Shown: positions 19,896 to 29,369, numbered from the stretch's first letter. The stretch: DNA of 64,000 nt from a virus (IMGVR_UViG_3300020048_003650:32001-96000), one strand, 5' to 3'. A program made the numbers and translations. The notes: generated by a model from the letters alone, not told the origin.

Positions 19896-20024
19896 ATGTT
19901 AGCAATCGATAATACTACTGGTCGTGTTGTTCGTGTCGTGATCCTAGCCGATGGTCAGGTTTCAATCCGACTTCCTGATGGCACACGTAAAATCATCGCC
20001 CCATTCAGTTTATCTCCGTTGTAA
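19896..20024 (+). CDS. Small early protein (42 aa)
   Basis: AAGGAAG SD; stop lies inside next stem-loop. Confidence 0.6.
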   Translation: MLAIDNTTGRVVRVVILADGQVSIRLPDGTRKIIAPFSLSPL

Positions 20025-20103
20025 AAATACAACACCGGTTCGCTTGACAATAAATGAAATTTGTGGTATAATACACACATACACTGATAAAACGGAGAAG
20101 TAA
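20018..20103 (+). promoter_or_regulatory. Stem-loop plus early promoter cassette 2
   Basis: gttgtaaaaatacaac; TTGACA(20044)-N17-TATAAT(20067). Confidence 0.9.
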
Positions 20104-20364
20104 ATGATTTCAGCAGCCAAATTACATCAATTATCGAACATTAATGCCGATCAATTGGTCGAACTTCTACTGGAAAATGGTCATGACAACGCCGATGAGC
20201 CTATCATCAATACTCATTTCGACGGTGTTTCAGTAGGTACTGAAAACTTATATTTTTCCTACCAAGCCACGTATGTTCACGTAGACGGCGGACTTCAATT
20301 TGCCGACATAGTGGTAACGTATCACATTGACAGTGGTAAACTCTCAGCATATATTGGTCAATAA
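20104..20364 (+). CDS. Hypothetical early protein
   Basis: GGAG SD after cassette promoter. Confidence 0.65.
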   Translation: MISAAKLHQLSNINADQLVELLLENGHDNADEPIINTHFDGVSVGTENLYFSYQATYVHVDGGLQFADIVVTYHIDSGKLSAYIGQ

Positions 20365-20379
20365 ATAAAGGAACTAACG

Positions 20380-20637
20380 ATGTCATCATTAACCGCATAC
20401 TTAGATACCCGTAACGCTTTTGCATCACTCTTTGGTCATCGACAGTTAAGTTTACAGAATTCAGCCGACCGTCAAGCACTGGCAGATATGATTGACAGTG
20501 CCCTGAGTCCAGAGAACCTGTCCTGTGACGGAGAACTCTCCAGAGCAGAAGTTAATCGCCGCTACCAAGAGTTGATGGCTGTGGCCAATCAGTTGAAAAA
20601 GTTGGATCCCTCAGTTAAATTTTACGAATGTTTCTAA
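20380..20637 (+). CDS. Hypothetical early protein
   Basis: AAGGA SD; LSPENLSCDGE motif. Confidence 0.7.
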   Translation: MSSLTAYLDTRNAFASLFGHRQLSLQNSADRQALADMIDSALSPENLSCDGELSRAEVNRRYQELMAVANQLKKLDPSVKFYECF

Positions 20638-20712
20638 AATACAACACTATCACTTGACAACAAATCGGTTTCATGGTATAATACACCATACACTTGAGAA
20701 AGGGAAGAAAAT
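20629..20712 (+). promoter_or_regulatory. Degenerate stem-loop plus early promoter cassette 3
   Basis: tgtttctaaaatacaacac; TTGACA(20654)-N17-TATAAT(20677). Confidence 0.85.
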
Positions 20713-20961
20713 ATGTCTAAGTCACGATTTGTATTTTTTGGTGCCACCAATGGTCAGGTAACGGTTTCTATCAATCAAGTTTTGGTAGGCGTGGCAAGTG
20801 ACAGCGAACAGCTGGTTGCTATTTTACAGGAAAACGGCGTTACTCTTGCCGATGAAATGTTTCAAAGTAGCAGTGTTGATTTTGCTGCCGAAGAAGGTTT
20901 TGCGGATGATAATGGTGCCTATGATATCATTGAGCCTGCCCTTGAGTTGATCTCGAACTAA
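20713..20961 (+). CDS. Hypothetical acidic early protein
   Basis: Follows cassette promoter and SD. Confidence 0.65.
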   Translation: MSKSRFVFFGATNGQVTVSINQVLVGVASDSEQLVAILQENGVTLADEMFQSSSVDFAAEEGFADDNGAYDIIEPALELISN

Positions 20962-20964
20962 AAT

Positions 20965-21051
20965 GTGTTGTAAAAATACAACTCTCTGAGTTTGACAATA
21001 AATGGATTATGTGGTATAATACACCATACACTGAGAAAACAAGGAAAGAAA
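20965..21051 (+). promoter_or_regulatory. Stem-loop plus early promoter cassette 4
   Basis: gtgttgtaaaaatacaac; TTGACA(20992)-N17-TATAAT(21015); leader identical to cassette 5. Confidence 0.9.
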
Positions 21052-21324
21052 ATGATACAAGCCGAAAAGAATGATGTTATCCGTTCATATGATTTTAAAC
21101 CTATGTACGGTCGTCCTGATTGTTTTGTTGAAGGTAGTGTTATTGAATTGACCAACGAGCCTGGATATGCCGCAATTAAAATTCGTGTGTTAGTAGATGA
21201 GTTTGACGGCCGGCGTTTCGAGGAACGTGGTTATGGTAGTCGTGTTGGCGAAATCGTATTTGTTCCACAGATGGTTTCGTTCGGCGAATACCCAGGTCGT
21301 GTTATGAATCTTACTCGATTTTAA
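21052..21324 (+). CDS. Hypothetical early protein
   Basis: Start ATG 21052 after AAGGA. Confidence 0.65.
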   Translation: MIQAEKNDVIRSYDFKPMYGRPDCFVEGSVIELTNEPGYAAIKIRVLVDEFDGRRFEERGYGSRVGEIVFVPQMVSFGEYPGRVMNLTRF

Positions 21325-21339
21325 TTCAAGGAATACAAA

Positions 21340-21528
21340 ATGACTAAAGAAAACTTGGCTCAATCTATTCGTAGCGGATTTTTTTCTGAACGTGATAACT
21401 TGTCGGATGCGTTTGACTATGCCTATGCACTATTGAAAAATAATCCAGGCGGAATGACAGCTCTACACGTTGTTCTAAATACCGTAGCAAAAGAAATTCT
21501 CAAAATTGAACAAAAGGAAACAGTATAA
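21340..21528 (+). CDS. Hypothetical protein
   Basis: AAGGA SD. Confidence 0.6.
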   Translation: MTKENLAQSIRSGFFSERDNLSDAFDYAYALLKNNPGGMTALHVVLNTVAKEILKIEQKETV

Positions 21529-21974
21529 TGGGCACACGATCCACAATCGCCGTAGTTCACGAAGATGGCACCGTAAGTCAAATTTATTGCCATTTGGATG
21601 GTCACTTGTCACACAATGGTAAATTGTTGGTAGAAAATTACAATAGCCTGTTGGCTGTTGAATTTTTGATTAGCAAAGGTGCTCTGTCAGTCTTGGCAGA
21701 ACGTGTGACTCCTGATCGTGATCGCATTCATTCGTTCGAAGTGGCACAGAATGGCGTGTGCGTATACTACGGTCGTGATCGTGGTGAAACAGGCTGTGAG
21801 CCAAAAGTTTTTGATACGGTCAGTGATTATTTTCTCTATGGTCAACAAGAGGAATATAACTACTTGTTTGCCTGTGATGAATGGATGTACCAGCTAAAAG
21901 TCAACGACCCTGGAATGCATTCGATATCTGAGGCGTTGGGTATCACGGTAGACAACACAGATACAGTGTTGTAA
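21528..21974 (+). CDS. Phage hypothetical protein (MGTRS...YCH.DG type)
   Basis: MGTRSTI...IYCHLDG, YYGRDRGE, EEYNYLF. Confidence 0.7.
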   Translation: MGTRSTIAVVHEDGTVSQIYCHLDGHLSHNGKLLVENYNSLLAVEFLISKGALSVLAERVTPDRDRIHSFEVAQNGVCVYYGRDRGETGCEPKVFDTVSDYFLYGQQEEYNYLFACDEWMYQLKVNDPGMHSISEALGITVDNTDTVL

Positions 21975-22059
21975 AAATACAACACGATAAAATTTCGACT
22001 TGACAACAAATCGGATATGTGGTATAATACACCATACACTGAGAAAACAAGGAAAGAAA
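21966..22059 (+). promoter_or_regulatory. Stem-loop plus early promoter cassette 5
   Basis: gtgttgtaaaaatacaacac; TTGACA(22000)-N17-TATAAT(22023). Confidence 0.9.
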
Positions 22060-22347
22060 ATGTTATCACTTGAAAAATTCAACATACGTATCGTATTCCG
22101 TGGTGAAGGTTACGGCGTCAATGACGCAATTATTCATGATAAGGATCGCCCCCTGGTTGAATTTTACGACGGTCGCTACACAAAAATCAACCCACGCGGC
22201 CAGTTTGTGTCACGCTATTATGCGTCTACGTTATTGGAAAGTGAAAATCGTGGCGGTGGATTGAGTTTGTACGGGGACGTGCCTGAATGGACTGTATCTG
22301 CCGAAGACATGGAAACCGTTTATCAATACATCAAACAAGTGTTGTAA
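22060..22347 (+). CDS. Phage hypothetical protein
   Basis: PLVEFYD...GQFVSRYY..TL; start ATG 22060. Confidence 0.7.
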   Translation: MLSLEKFNIRIVFRGEGYGVNDAIIHDKDRPLVEFYDGRYTKINPRGQFVSRYYASTLLESENRGGGLSLYGDVPEWTVSAEDMETVYQYIKQVL

Positions 22348-22423
22348 AAATACAACGGTTAAAACTTGACAACAAATCGGACGTGTGCTACAATGTACAC
22401 ATACACTGACAGAGACGGAGCGA
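22339..22423 (+). promoter_or_regulatory. Stem-loop plus early promoter cassette 6
   Basis: gtgttgtaaaaatacaac; TTGACA(22366)-N17-TACAAT(22389). Confidence 0.88.
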
Positions 22424-22684
22424 ATGATGATTAAGTTTGGCAAGAGTAGCACTGATTTGATGTTCTCGGTAAACGGTTTCGAGTATCGCGTATATCGTGA
22501 TGTCCAGGACGACTGCATCAAGAACTATCATTTAGTATTTTTTGGCAATGATGAACTGGAAATTCCAGCTATTGCCAACACATCGCCATATGATGAGCTA
22601 GATTCTGATACTTTTTATAGCCACATTATTGACTGGTTGATGTATCAACCAGATTTCATGAGTTTGATAAATTCTAAAATTTGA
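22424..22684 (+). CDS. Hypothetical early protein
   Basis: GGAG SD; stop TGA lies inside next -35 box. Confidence 0.6.
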   Translation: MMIKFGKSSTDLMFSVNGFEYRVYRDVQDDCIKNYHLVFFGNDELEIPAIANTSPYDELDSDTFYSHIIDWLMYQPDFMSLINSKI

Positions 22685-22741
22685 CAACAAATCGATTATG
22701 TGGTATAATATACACATACACTGACAGAACTGGAGAATAAA
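22681..22741 (+). promoter_or_regulatory. Early promoter cassette 7 (no stem-loop)
   Basis: TTGACA(22681)-N17-TATAAT(22704); same leader. Confidence 0.88.
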
Positions 22742-23017
22742 ATGAAAGCAAACGATATCAAACGTGCTATTATGTTGGGCAATTTTACAAACGATGAGTT
22801 AAATTTAATTTCCGAATCTGTTCGCTATGCCAGAGCCTCACTGGTCATGCACAAAAAACAAGAACTATCAGTAGGTTCACAGATTCAATTTTCGTCTAGA
22901 GGTCAGGTCTTTCACGGTACTATCGAAAGCATCAAGATTAAAAATGCACTGGTCGCGACAGCCGGTGGTCGCTATCGTGTTCCGCTGAATATGTTGAATA
23001 TTGCTCAGGTGACGTAA
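22742..23017 (+). CDS. Hypothetical protein, SH3-like C-terminus
   Basis: LSVGSQIQF...G.IESI.IKNA.V...YRVP..ML. Confidence 0.65.
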   Translation: MKANDIKRAIMLGNFTNDELNLISESVRYARASLVMHKKQELSVGSQIQFSSRGQVFHGTIESIKIKNALVATAGGRYRVPLNMLNIAQVT

Positions 23018-23022
23018 AAATT

Positions 23023-23202
23023 ATGGGTCGCGTAAAACAATATTATCATAATTTATTGGGCGGAGGCGAATTGGAAAATGTTCCTTCAATATACAGAATG
23101 AATCCGGAAGAGGTTCATGAAATGATTATCGAAGAAGTTAATACCGAGTTACGTATCATTTCACAGTTACAACAATCGGAATTTGACAACTATTCTGAAT
23201 AG
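23023..23202 (+). CDS. Small hypothetical protein (59 aa)
   Basis: MGRVKQYY...; fills the gap; below ORF-track cutoff. Confidence 0.5.
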   Translation: MGRVKQYYHNLLGGGELENVPSIYRMNPEEVHEMIIEEVNTELRIISQLQQSEFDNYSE

Positions 23203-23291
23203 TAGTATAATATGTATTATTACAGTGTGGCGAATATTCCCGAGTTCACTAACACTGATATACAAGTTTCGGGCACAAAAATGGAGTTTTC

Positions 23292-23960
23292 ATGAATTAT
23301 AAATTATTAGCCGTTGTCGGCGTATCTGCAGTTCTAGCCGGCTGTAGCTCACCGAAATATCATAGTAACAACAATCCTGGTGGTCAGGTCGCCCCCGGGA
23401 ATCAGTCCGCTATTAGTGAACAGCGTGCAACAGAGGACTTTAAGCGACAGGGCATCAAGATTGAATACACCTGGGGTGGCATGGGTAGCGGCATCAAAGC
23501 GCTTGAGGTAACTGGCTACGCCCCAGTGTGGGGTAATAGTTCACAGGCAATTGAGAGTTCCTACAAAGTGGCAGAGTTGGATGCCAAACGTAAGTTAAAT
23601 GATTTTATCAATCGTGAAAGTATTCAAAGTTCTACAAGTGTCAATATTATCACTCGTAACTTGGAAAAGGCACAGGATAACAAGCGTAACAATATTGCTA
23701 CCAACGTTACTACCAGTGACGCCGATGTAGAATCCGGTGGCGGCAGTAGGAACGATAACGTTGCTACTAGACAGGACGCACTTAATATTGCCAGCACCCT
23801 TCAACAAAGTATTAGAACAAGTAGCCGCGGTATTTTAGGCGGTCTTCGTATGGTAGATAATGAAGTTATCAACGGTGGTCGCACTGTTCGTGTTGTCTTT
23901 CGTTGGGAAGAAGGTCTTAATAAAAGCGTAATCGATGTTCGAAAAGTCATGAGTCGCTAG
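23292..23960 (+). CDS. Lipoprotein (LPP20-like)
   Basis: LAGC lipobox; AELDAKRKL; promoter TTGACA(23183)-N17-TATAAT. Confidence 0.7.
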   Translation: MNYKLLAVVGVSAVLAGCSSPKYHSNNNPGGQVAPGNQSAISEQRATEDFKRQGIKIEYTWGGMGSGIKALEVTGYAPVWGNSSQAIESSYKVAELDAKRKLNDFINRESIQSSTSVNIITRNLEKAQDNKRNNIATNVTTSDADVESGGGSRNDNVATRQDALNIASTLQQSIRTSSRGILGGLRMVDNEVINGGRTVRVVFRWEEGLNKSVIDVRKVMSR

Positions 23961-23968
23961 GAATAACG

Positions 23969-25105
23969 ATGAAGTATAGATTGATATCTTCTCTATCTGT
24001 TATTTGTGGTTTATTGACTGGGTGCGCTGGCGGCGGAGTGAACGTTGCCAGCAGCATGGGCGGAATCGGCTCAGCAGTTCAGGCTGCCAGCCCCGTCTTA
24101 ACAGTGATTAGCGTTAGTGCTACGGCAGTTGACATCTTAACAAGTGGTCAGCGAGAATATCGAGTTAAAATTCGTTCTACCGATACGGATCGTAACAGCG
24201 CACTACGACAGGCATTTCAGGAAGCCTGTAGCGTAACATTCGGTAGTACGGTGGCTAGTGAATTGGAAAGCAATCAGGGTCGACTTACTCGTGATAATGT
24301 TGTTAGTTACACCGGTTGTTATGTCAAGAATCAGGTAATAGAATCACAATCTCGCGAGCCAAATGGCGAAGTAACCGTGCTGGCTACCATTACGGTAGCT
24401 AGCAATAAATTAAGTGGTCGTCTACTGGGTAACAGTAGTCATGATCAATCATTCAACGGTGAACAACACGCCGATAGAATATCCACATTTCAAACAGCGA
24501 TGTCTGGTGGTGACCAACTGATTGACACTGTTATGAAAGACTTTCCCTCACGCGCCTACAAGTTAGATATTGCCAAGATTAGAACCATGACAAATCGTGA
24601 CAGGTCTGGATTCATATTGATAGATTATCTCATTCAGTTAGACCCAAACTATTACAAGGCACTTGAGAATTTATTTGCCGTTACTGGAAAAATTCCAGCT
24701 GGTAAAATCATGGGTGTTTATCCTGCCGGAAAGTGGGGCGTTAATAATCCTGTGGCGGAGATACGAGTTCCTGGATTTATGTCCATGAATACCTATCAGT
24801 TTAGTGATCAGATTACCGTTGATAAAATCTCGGCTGGACTTAATCGTCCTCAAATGATGAAAATTTATGCCGAGTTCGGCGGCGAATACAGTCATTTAAA
24901 CGCTAACGGATGGAAATTAATTGGCTGTGTTCCCGCTGCGTGGAGTCGTGATACCAAGATGATAGATATTAGCAGTCGAGGTGGCAGTATTAGTGATAAA
25001 AAAGTATGGTATCAATTTAGATTGGATTATAGAACTCCACAAGAACTAGACACACTTAGAAATATTACTAATTTAAAACTATCGGTAACTGGCGATAATT
25101 GTTAG
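23969..25105 (+). CDS. Lipoprotein of unknown function
   Basis: LTGC lipobox; ALRQAF.EA...FG..V.SE motif. Confidence 0.65.
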   Translation: MKYRLISSLSVICGLLTGCAGGGVNVASSMGGIGSAVQAASPVLTVISVSATAVDILTSGQREYRVKIRSTDTDRNSALRQAFQEACSVTFGSTVASELESNQGRLTRDNVVSYTGCYVKNQVIESQSREPNGEVTVLATITVASNKLSGRLLGNSSHDQSFNGEQHADRISTFQTAMSGGDQLIDTVMKDFPSRAYKLDIAKIRTMTNRDRSGFILIDYLIQLDPNYYKALENLFAVTGKIPAGKIMGVYPAGKWGVNNPVAEIRVPGFMSMNTYQFSDQITVDKISAGLNRPQMMKIYAEFGGEYSHLNANGWKLIGCVPAAWSRDTKMIDISSRGGSISDKKVWYQFRLDYRTPQELDTLRNITNLKLSVTGDNC

Positions 25106-25145
25106 GAATTTAATAGTCATCTATGAAAAAAGATAAGTATTATCT

Positions 25146-26351
25146 ATGAGTAGCATATTACATTGTTCCTTCTGTGGAAAACATAAAAACGCCGTTAAAA
25201 AATTAATCGTCGGTGACAGTTCAGCAATCTGTAATGATTGTATTGAACTGTGCACGGATTTATTACTATCCGATACTGAATTAGATGTTCAGTCTGAATC
25301 TAAACGTGTTAGTTTATTTCCAGATGATATCAAACGTTTTTTAGACGAATACATTATCGGCCAAGATCGTGCCAAAAAAATAATAAGTGTCGCCGTTGCC
25401 AATCACTATAAAAGAATAAACAATAAAAGCGATAATATCACTGTTCAGAAAAGTAACGTGTTGATAGTTGGTCCAACCGGTAGCGGAAAAACTCTGCTTG
25501 CTAAAACTGTTGCCAAATATCTAGATGTTCCATTTGTAATAGCAGATGCAACTAGTTTAACCGAGGCTGGTTACGTTGGCGACGATGTAGAAAGTATGAT
25601 TACTAGATTGTTGGCGGCGGCCGGCGGCGATGTTGAACGTGCTGAACGAGGAATTGTTTTTATTGACGAAGTTGATAAAATTGCTAGAAAGAGTGAAAGT
25701 GCTAGTATTACTAGAGATGTCTCTGGCGAGGGTGTTCAACAGGCACTACTAAAATTAGTAGAAGGCACTGTGTGTAGAATATCACAAGACGGTAAAAGAA
25801 AAAATCCCAGTCAATCAATGATAGAAATAGATACTACTAATATCTTGTTTATCGCTGGTGGTGCATTTGTCGGATTAAGACAGTTAGTAGAAAATAGAGT
25901 CAGCGGAAATAGTATTGGATTTTCTGCATCAGTTGCAAATAAAGATAACAACATTGAGTATCTTGATCAATTGATGCCGGACGATCTTACTAAGTTCGGT
26001 ATGATACCAGAATTTACTGGCAGATTTACCAGCATTGTTAATATTACTGAACTAGATAAAGAGCAGTTAATACGAATCCTTACCGATGTTAAAAGTAACT
26101 TTATAGATCAATACACTTATCTATTTGGACTAGATGATATCGAATTACGTTTTGAAGCGGAGGCTATTGAAAAAATCGCAGAAAATTGTCTTAGATTAAA
26201 AACTGGCGCAAGGGGTCTACATAATGAAATGGAACGAGTTCTGATGCCTCATATGTATGAGATACAATCTTACATAAAAAACAACACTCGTCTGATAAAT
26301 ATTACCAGTGAACTAGTAGATAGTCCCACAGTATTACTGGAGGATAAATGA
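25146..26351 (+). CDS. clpX: ATP-dependent Clp protease ATPase
   Basis: CSFC/CNDC zinc finger, GPTGSGKT, FIDEVDK, RDVSGEGVQQALLK, IGF loop, GARGL. Confidence 0.97.
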   Translation: MSSILHCSFCGKHKNAVKKLIVGDSSAICNDCIELCTDLLLSDTELDVQSESKRVSLFPDDIKRFLDEYIIGQDRAKKIISVAVANHYKRINNKSDNITVQKSNVLIVGPTGSGKTLLAKTVAKYLDVPFVIADATSLTEAGYVGDDVESMITRLLAAAGGDVERAERGIVFIDEVDKIARKSESASITRDVSGEGVQQALLKLVEGTVCRISQDGKRKNPSQSMIEIDTTNILFIAGGAFVGLRQLVENRVSGNSIGFSASVANKDNNIEYLDQLMPDDLTKFGMIPEFTGRFTSIVNITELDKEQLIRILTDVKSNFIDQYTYLFGLDDIELRFEAEAIEKIAENCLRLKTGARGLHNEMERVLMPHMYEIQSYIKNNTRLINITSELVDSPTVLLEDK

Positions 26352-26557
26352 AAGTAATTATCAAAGATGGTCAGTCGTTTGAAAGTGGAATACGTAAATT
26401 TAAAAAGAAAATAATTGATAGCGGTCTAATGCAGGAATTTAGAGACCGTGAGTTCTACGAAAAACCAACTACCGCTAGAAAAGTAGCCAAGGCAAAAGCA
26501 AAATCTCGTTGGAAAAAACATTTGCGTAGTCAAGAACTACCTAAAAAATTATATTAA
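26348..26557 (+). CDS. rpsU: Ribosomal protein bS21
   Basis: RKFKKK..G..E..REFYEKPT. Confidence 0.9.
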   Translation: MKVIIKDGQSFESGIRKFKKKIIDSGLMQEFRDREFYEKPTTARKVAKAKAKSRWKKHLRSQELPKKLY

Positions 26558-26559
26558 TA

Positions 26560-27132
26560 ATGATAGTCTATATTCATGGAGCCAACGCTACTGGTTCAAG
26601 TTTTAATTACTTGCGAGATCATTTAAAATATGATGATTTAGTAATTGAATATGACAGTAATAATGGCTTTATGAATAACGTGAATTTAATATCTGATCGA
26701 TTAAAAGACATTGATGAAATGTTTTTTATAGGTCACAGTCTAGGTGGAATTTATGCGCTACATTTATCTGAAATATTCGCTGATAAAATTCTAGGAGCCG
26801 TAACTCTAAGCACACCCTATAACGGAGCAGAATGTGCTGAATATGCTAAACATTTTTGGCCTAGGCATAGACTATTTCGTGATATCGGTCCATCAAGTGA
26901 ACCTATTAAACGTAGTAAAGAAATATCAATACCTCATCCATGGACAAATGTAGTATCTACTAGTGGCTCAAACCCACTAATTATTTACCCTAATGATGGT
27001 GTAGTTACAATAAATAGTATGAAGTGCAGAAATGATATGACTCTGATAGAAATCCCAGTCAATCATTATGAAGTGGTATTAAGTCCACTTTCGCTAGAAA
27101 TTATACAAGGAGAATTAAATGGCCTACGGTGA
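26560..27132 (+). CDS. Alpha/beta hydrolase
   Basis: IHGA, GHSLGG, STPY.G, NDGVV, NHYEV. Confidence 0.85.
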   Translation: MIVYIHGANATGSSFNYLRDHLKYDDLVIEYDSNNGFMNNVNLISDRLKDIDEMFFIGHSLGGIYALHLSEIFADKILGAVTLSTPYNGAECAEYAKHFWPRHRLFRDIGPSSEPIKRSKEISIPHPWTNVVSTSGSNPLIIYPNDGVVTINSMKCRNDMTLIEIPVNHYEVVLSPLSLEIIQGELNGLR

Positions 27133-28519
27133 AAAAGTTTTGGATCACTATGAAAATCCAAGAAATGTAGGATCATTGGATAAAAATGATCCTGAAGTTG
27201 GAACAGGCATGGTTGGTGCACCTGCATGCGGCGATGTTATGAAGTTACAGATTAGAGTAGAGAACGACATCATTATTGATGCTAAGTTTAAGACATATGG
27301 TTGTTTGACTAGCAATACCATGGTAAATACTCCAACAAAATCCAAGAAAATTTCTGATTTAAATGTTGGAGATGAAGTTCTCGCGTGGAACGGCGAAACA
27401 ATCGTCAATCAAAAAATCAAAGAAATAATTACACACAGTGTGCCGGTAGAAGAGTTATTAAAAATAACGTTTCAAAGAGAATCGCACCGTAAAAATATGA
27501 GACCAGGTACATTTTCTTTAATCTGCACGAAAGAACATGTTTTTTGGAATCATGATAATAAACCAATACTTGCTCAAGATTTAAAAATCAACGATGAGCT
27601 GTATGAAATAACAGAATACGAATTGAGAAAATTGACCAATGTTCGTCATCGGTCTGAATTAAAAAATAAAAACAGCGAAAGAATGTATGAGTTTAATAAA
27701 ATTTTTGACCATTCTGTTCTTCCTCAAAACCAAAAAGGTTACGTACATTCTGAAGAATTTTCTAAGAAAATAAGCGCATCATCTAATAGAAATTGGTCTA
27801 ATCCTATCTACATAGAGAACTGGAAAAATGGTATGGCTTCAATCGTCTGGACAAAACCAACAAGCGTAGAACAAAAATACATAGACCTCTTTGAGGAAAA
27901 TAACGTAGCGGTCAAATGGAGTTCTGGAAAAATATGGATTCAAACAGACTGTGGACCAGCCAGCCCAGATTTTATTGTTCCAGGTAAGAAAAAATGTATT
28001 GAGGTGTATACAAAGCGTATGCCTAAATTTATGCAAGATCGTTCCGAAGAATCGGATTATGTATTCAAAAGAACGCAACAATTAGCGTCTGCTGGATACG
28101 AAACTTTATTTTTGGCCGTAGAAGATATCGACGATTCATTACCTAAGGTCCAGAATTTTGTTCACAACGGGATGAAGATAACAAGTGTTTCCTCAATCGA
28201 TCACAAAAATATTTTGCGTGGTTGTCAACGTGACGGGAAAAATGTTATTGTTTATGATTTGAAATTAGAGGATGGTGCCCATGTATTTTTCACGAATAGG
28301 GTCGGGTCACATAATTGCGGCAGTGCGATTGCCAGTTCGTCATTGGTAACTGAGTGGGTCAAGGGCAAAACGCTTGACGAGGCTGGAACAATTCGTAATA
28401 CAGAAATTGCTCAGGAACTTGCCTTACCACCCGTTAAAATCCACTGCAGTATTCTGGCGGAGGATGCAATAAAAGCAGCAATAACGGATTACAGAAAGAA
28501 ACATGATATTGCCAATTAA
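27119..28519 (+). CDS. iscU: Fe-S scaffold IscU containing an intein
   Basis: DHYENPRNVG, APACGD, FKTYG|intein|CGSAIASS, LPPVKIHCS; exteins total 128 aa. Confidence 0.95.
   Translation: MAYGEKVLDHYENPRNVGSLDKNDPEVGTGMVGAPACGDVMKLQIRVENDIIIDAKFKTYGCLTSNTMVNTPTKSKKISDLNVGDEVLAWNGETIVNQKIKEIITHSVPVEELLKITFQRESHRKNMRPGTFSLICTKEHVFWNHDNKPILAQDLKINDELYEITEYELRKLTNVRHRSELKNKNSERMYEFNKIFDHSVLPQNQKGYVHSEEFSKKISASSNRNWSNPIYIENWKNGMASIVWTKPTSVEQKYIDLFEENNVAVKWSSGKIWIQTDCGPASPDFIVPGKKKCIEVYTKRMPKFMQDRSEESDYVFKRTQQLASAGYETLFLAVEDIDDSLPKVQNFVHNGMKITSVSSIDHKNILRGCQRDGKNVIVYDLKLEDGAHVFFTNRVGSHNCGSAIASSSLVTEWVKGKTLDEAGTIRNTEIAQELALPPVKIHCSILAEDAIKAAITDYRKKHDIAN
27302..28315 (+). mobile_element. Intein (338 aa) with PD-(D/E)xK-type endonuclease
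   Basis: N-terminal CLTSNT; block B CTKEHVF; block F VYDLKL; terminal SHN followed by Cys; internal KPTSVE...PDF...IEVY. Confidence 0.92.
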
Positions 28520-28994
28520 GGTCTGGCCAGATCCAATATTGATGAAGCCGTGTCAGCCGTGGGACTTCGAAGACCCGCCGTTAGTAGTAAATTTTTTAAT
28601 GGCAGATATGATTGAAACAATGGCAAAAAGCGGTGGCATTGGACTGGCTGCAAATCAAGTTGGAATTTCATATCGTGTAATTGCCATGCATGTACAGGAA
28701 ACTGGAGAGTACATCACTCTATTCAATCCTGAAATTGTATCCGTGAGTGAACTACAGTACATAGCAATGGAAGGTTGTTTAAGTTTTCCCAAAGTTATGC
28801 TAGACATATCTAGACCAAAAACAGTTGAGATTCGGTATGTTGATCATTTTGAACGAGAATATACAAGAACGTTCTCGGATATTGATGCTAAGTGTGTACT
28901 ACACGAAATTGACCATTTAGACGGGAAAACATTTAAAGAGTATGTTAGTCCACTTAAATTTAGTAGAGCCATAGAAAAAGGAAGAAAACGATGA
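28503..28994 (+). CDS. def: Peptide deformylase
   Basis: GIGLAANQVG, EGCLS, HEIDHLDG. Confidence 0.95.
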   Translation: MILPIKVWPDPILMKPCQPWDFEDPPLVVNFLMADMIETMAKSGGIGLAANQVGISYRVIAMHVQETGEYITLFNPEIVSVSELQYIAMEGCLSFPKVMLDISRPKTVEIRYVDHFEREYTRTFSDIDAKCVLHEIDHLDGKTFKEYVSPLKFSRAIEKGRKR

Positions 28995-29317
28995 TTACAG
29001 TAACTGAACTAGCATCAACGAAAATTAAATCGTTATTAGAAAAACGAGGCGGTGGTTTAGGCATCCGTATTGGAGTCAGAACAACCGGCTGTAGTGGATT
29101 GGCATACACACTAGAATATGTCGATGTTGCACCGGTGACACGTGATCAATTTGTCTATGAAAGTAATGATGTAAAAGTATGGGTTGACGGTAAAAGTTTA
29201 GTTTATCTTGATAATATGACCGTTGATTGGCGTCGCCAGGGTTTAAATGAGGGGTTTGACTTTATTAATTCCAAGGAAGCGGCCCGTTGTGGGTGCGGCG
29301 AAAGTTTTACAGTCTAA
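28991..29317 (+). CDS. iscA: A-type Fe-S carrier
   Basis: TTGCSGLAY, GLNEGF, CGCGESF. Confidence 0.93.
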   Translation: MITVTELASTKIKSLLEKRGGGLGIRIGVRTTGCSGLAYTLEYVDVAPVTRDQFVYESNDVKVWVDGKSLVYLDNMTVDWRRQGLNEGFDFINSKEAARCGCGESFTV

Positions 29318-29369
29318 TTCATCCAAATAATATTGACATATTTAACCCAATGTAGTATCATAAATACAT

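Noticed and set aside
19839-22423. ORF-track starts at TTG/GTG (19839, 20992, 22000, 22385; also 34094, 49237)
   Set aside because: They lie inside promoter elements; downstream ATGs with SD are the likely starts. The shared MTxNxICGIIHHTL peptide is translated promoter sequence.
19811-22741. Palindromic repeats as a CRISPR array
   Set aside because: Spacing is 200-1000 nt, units contain promoters and genes, and no cas genes are present.
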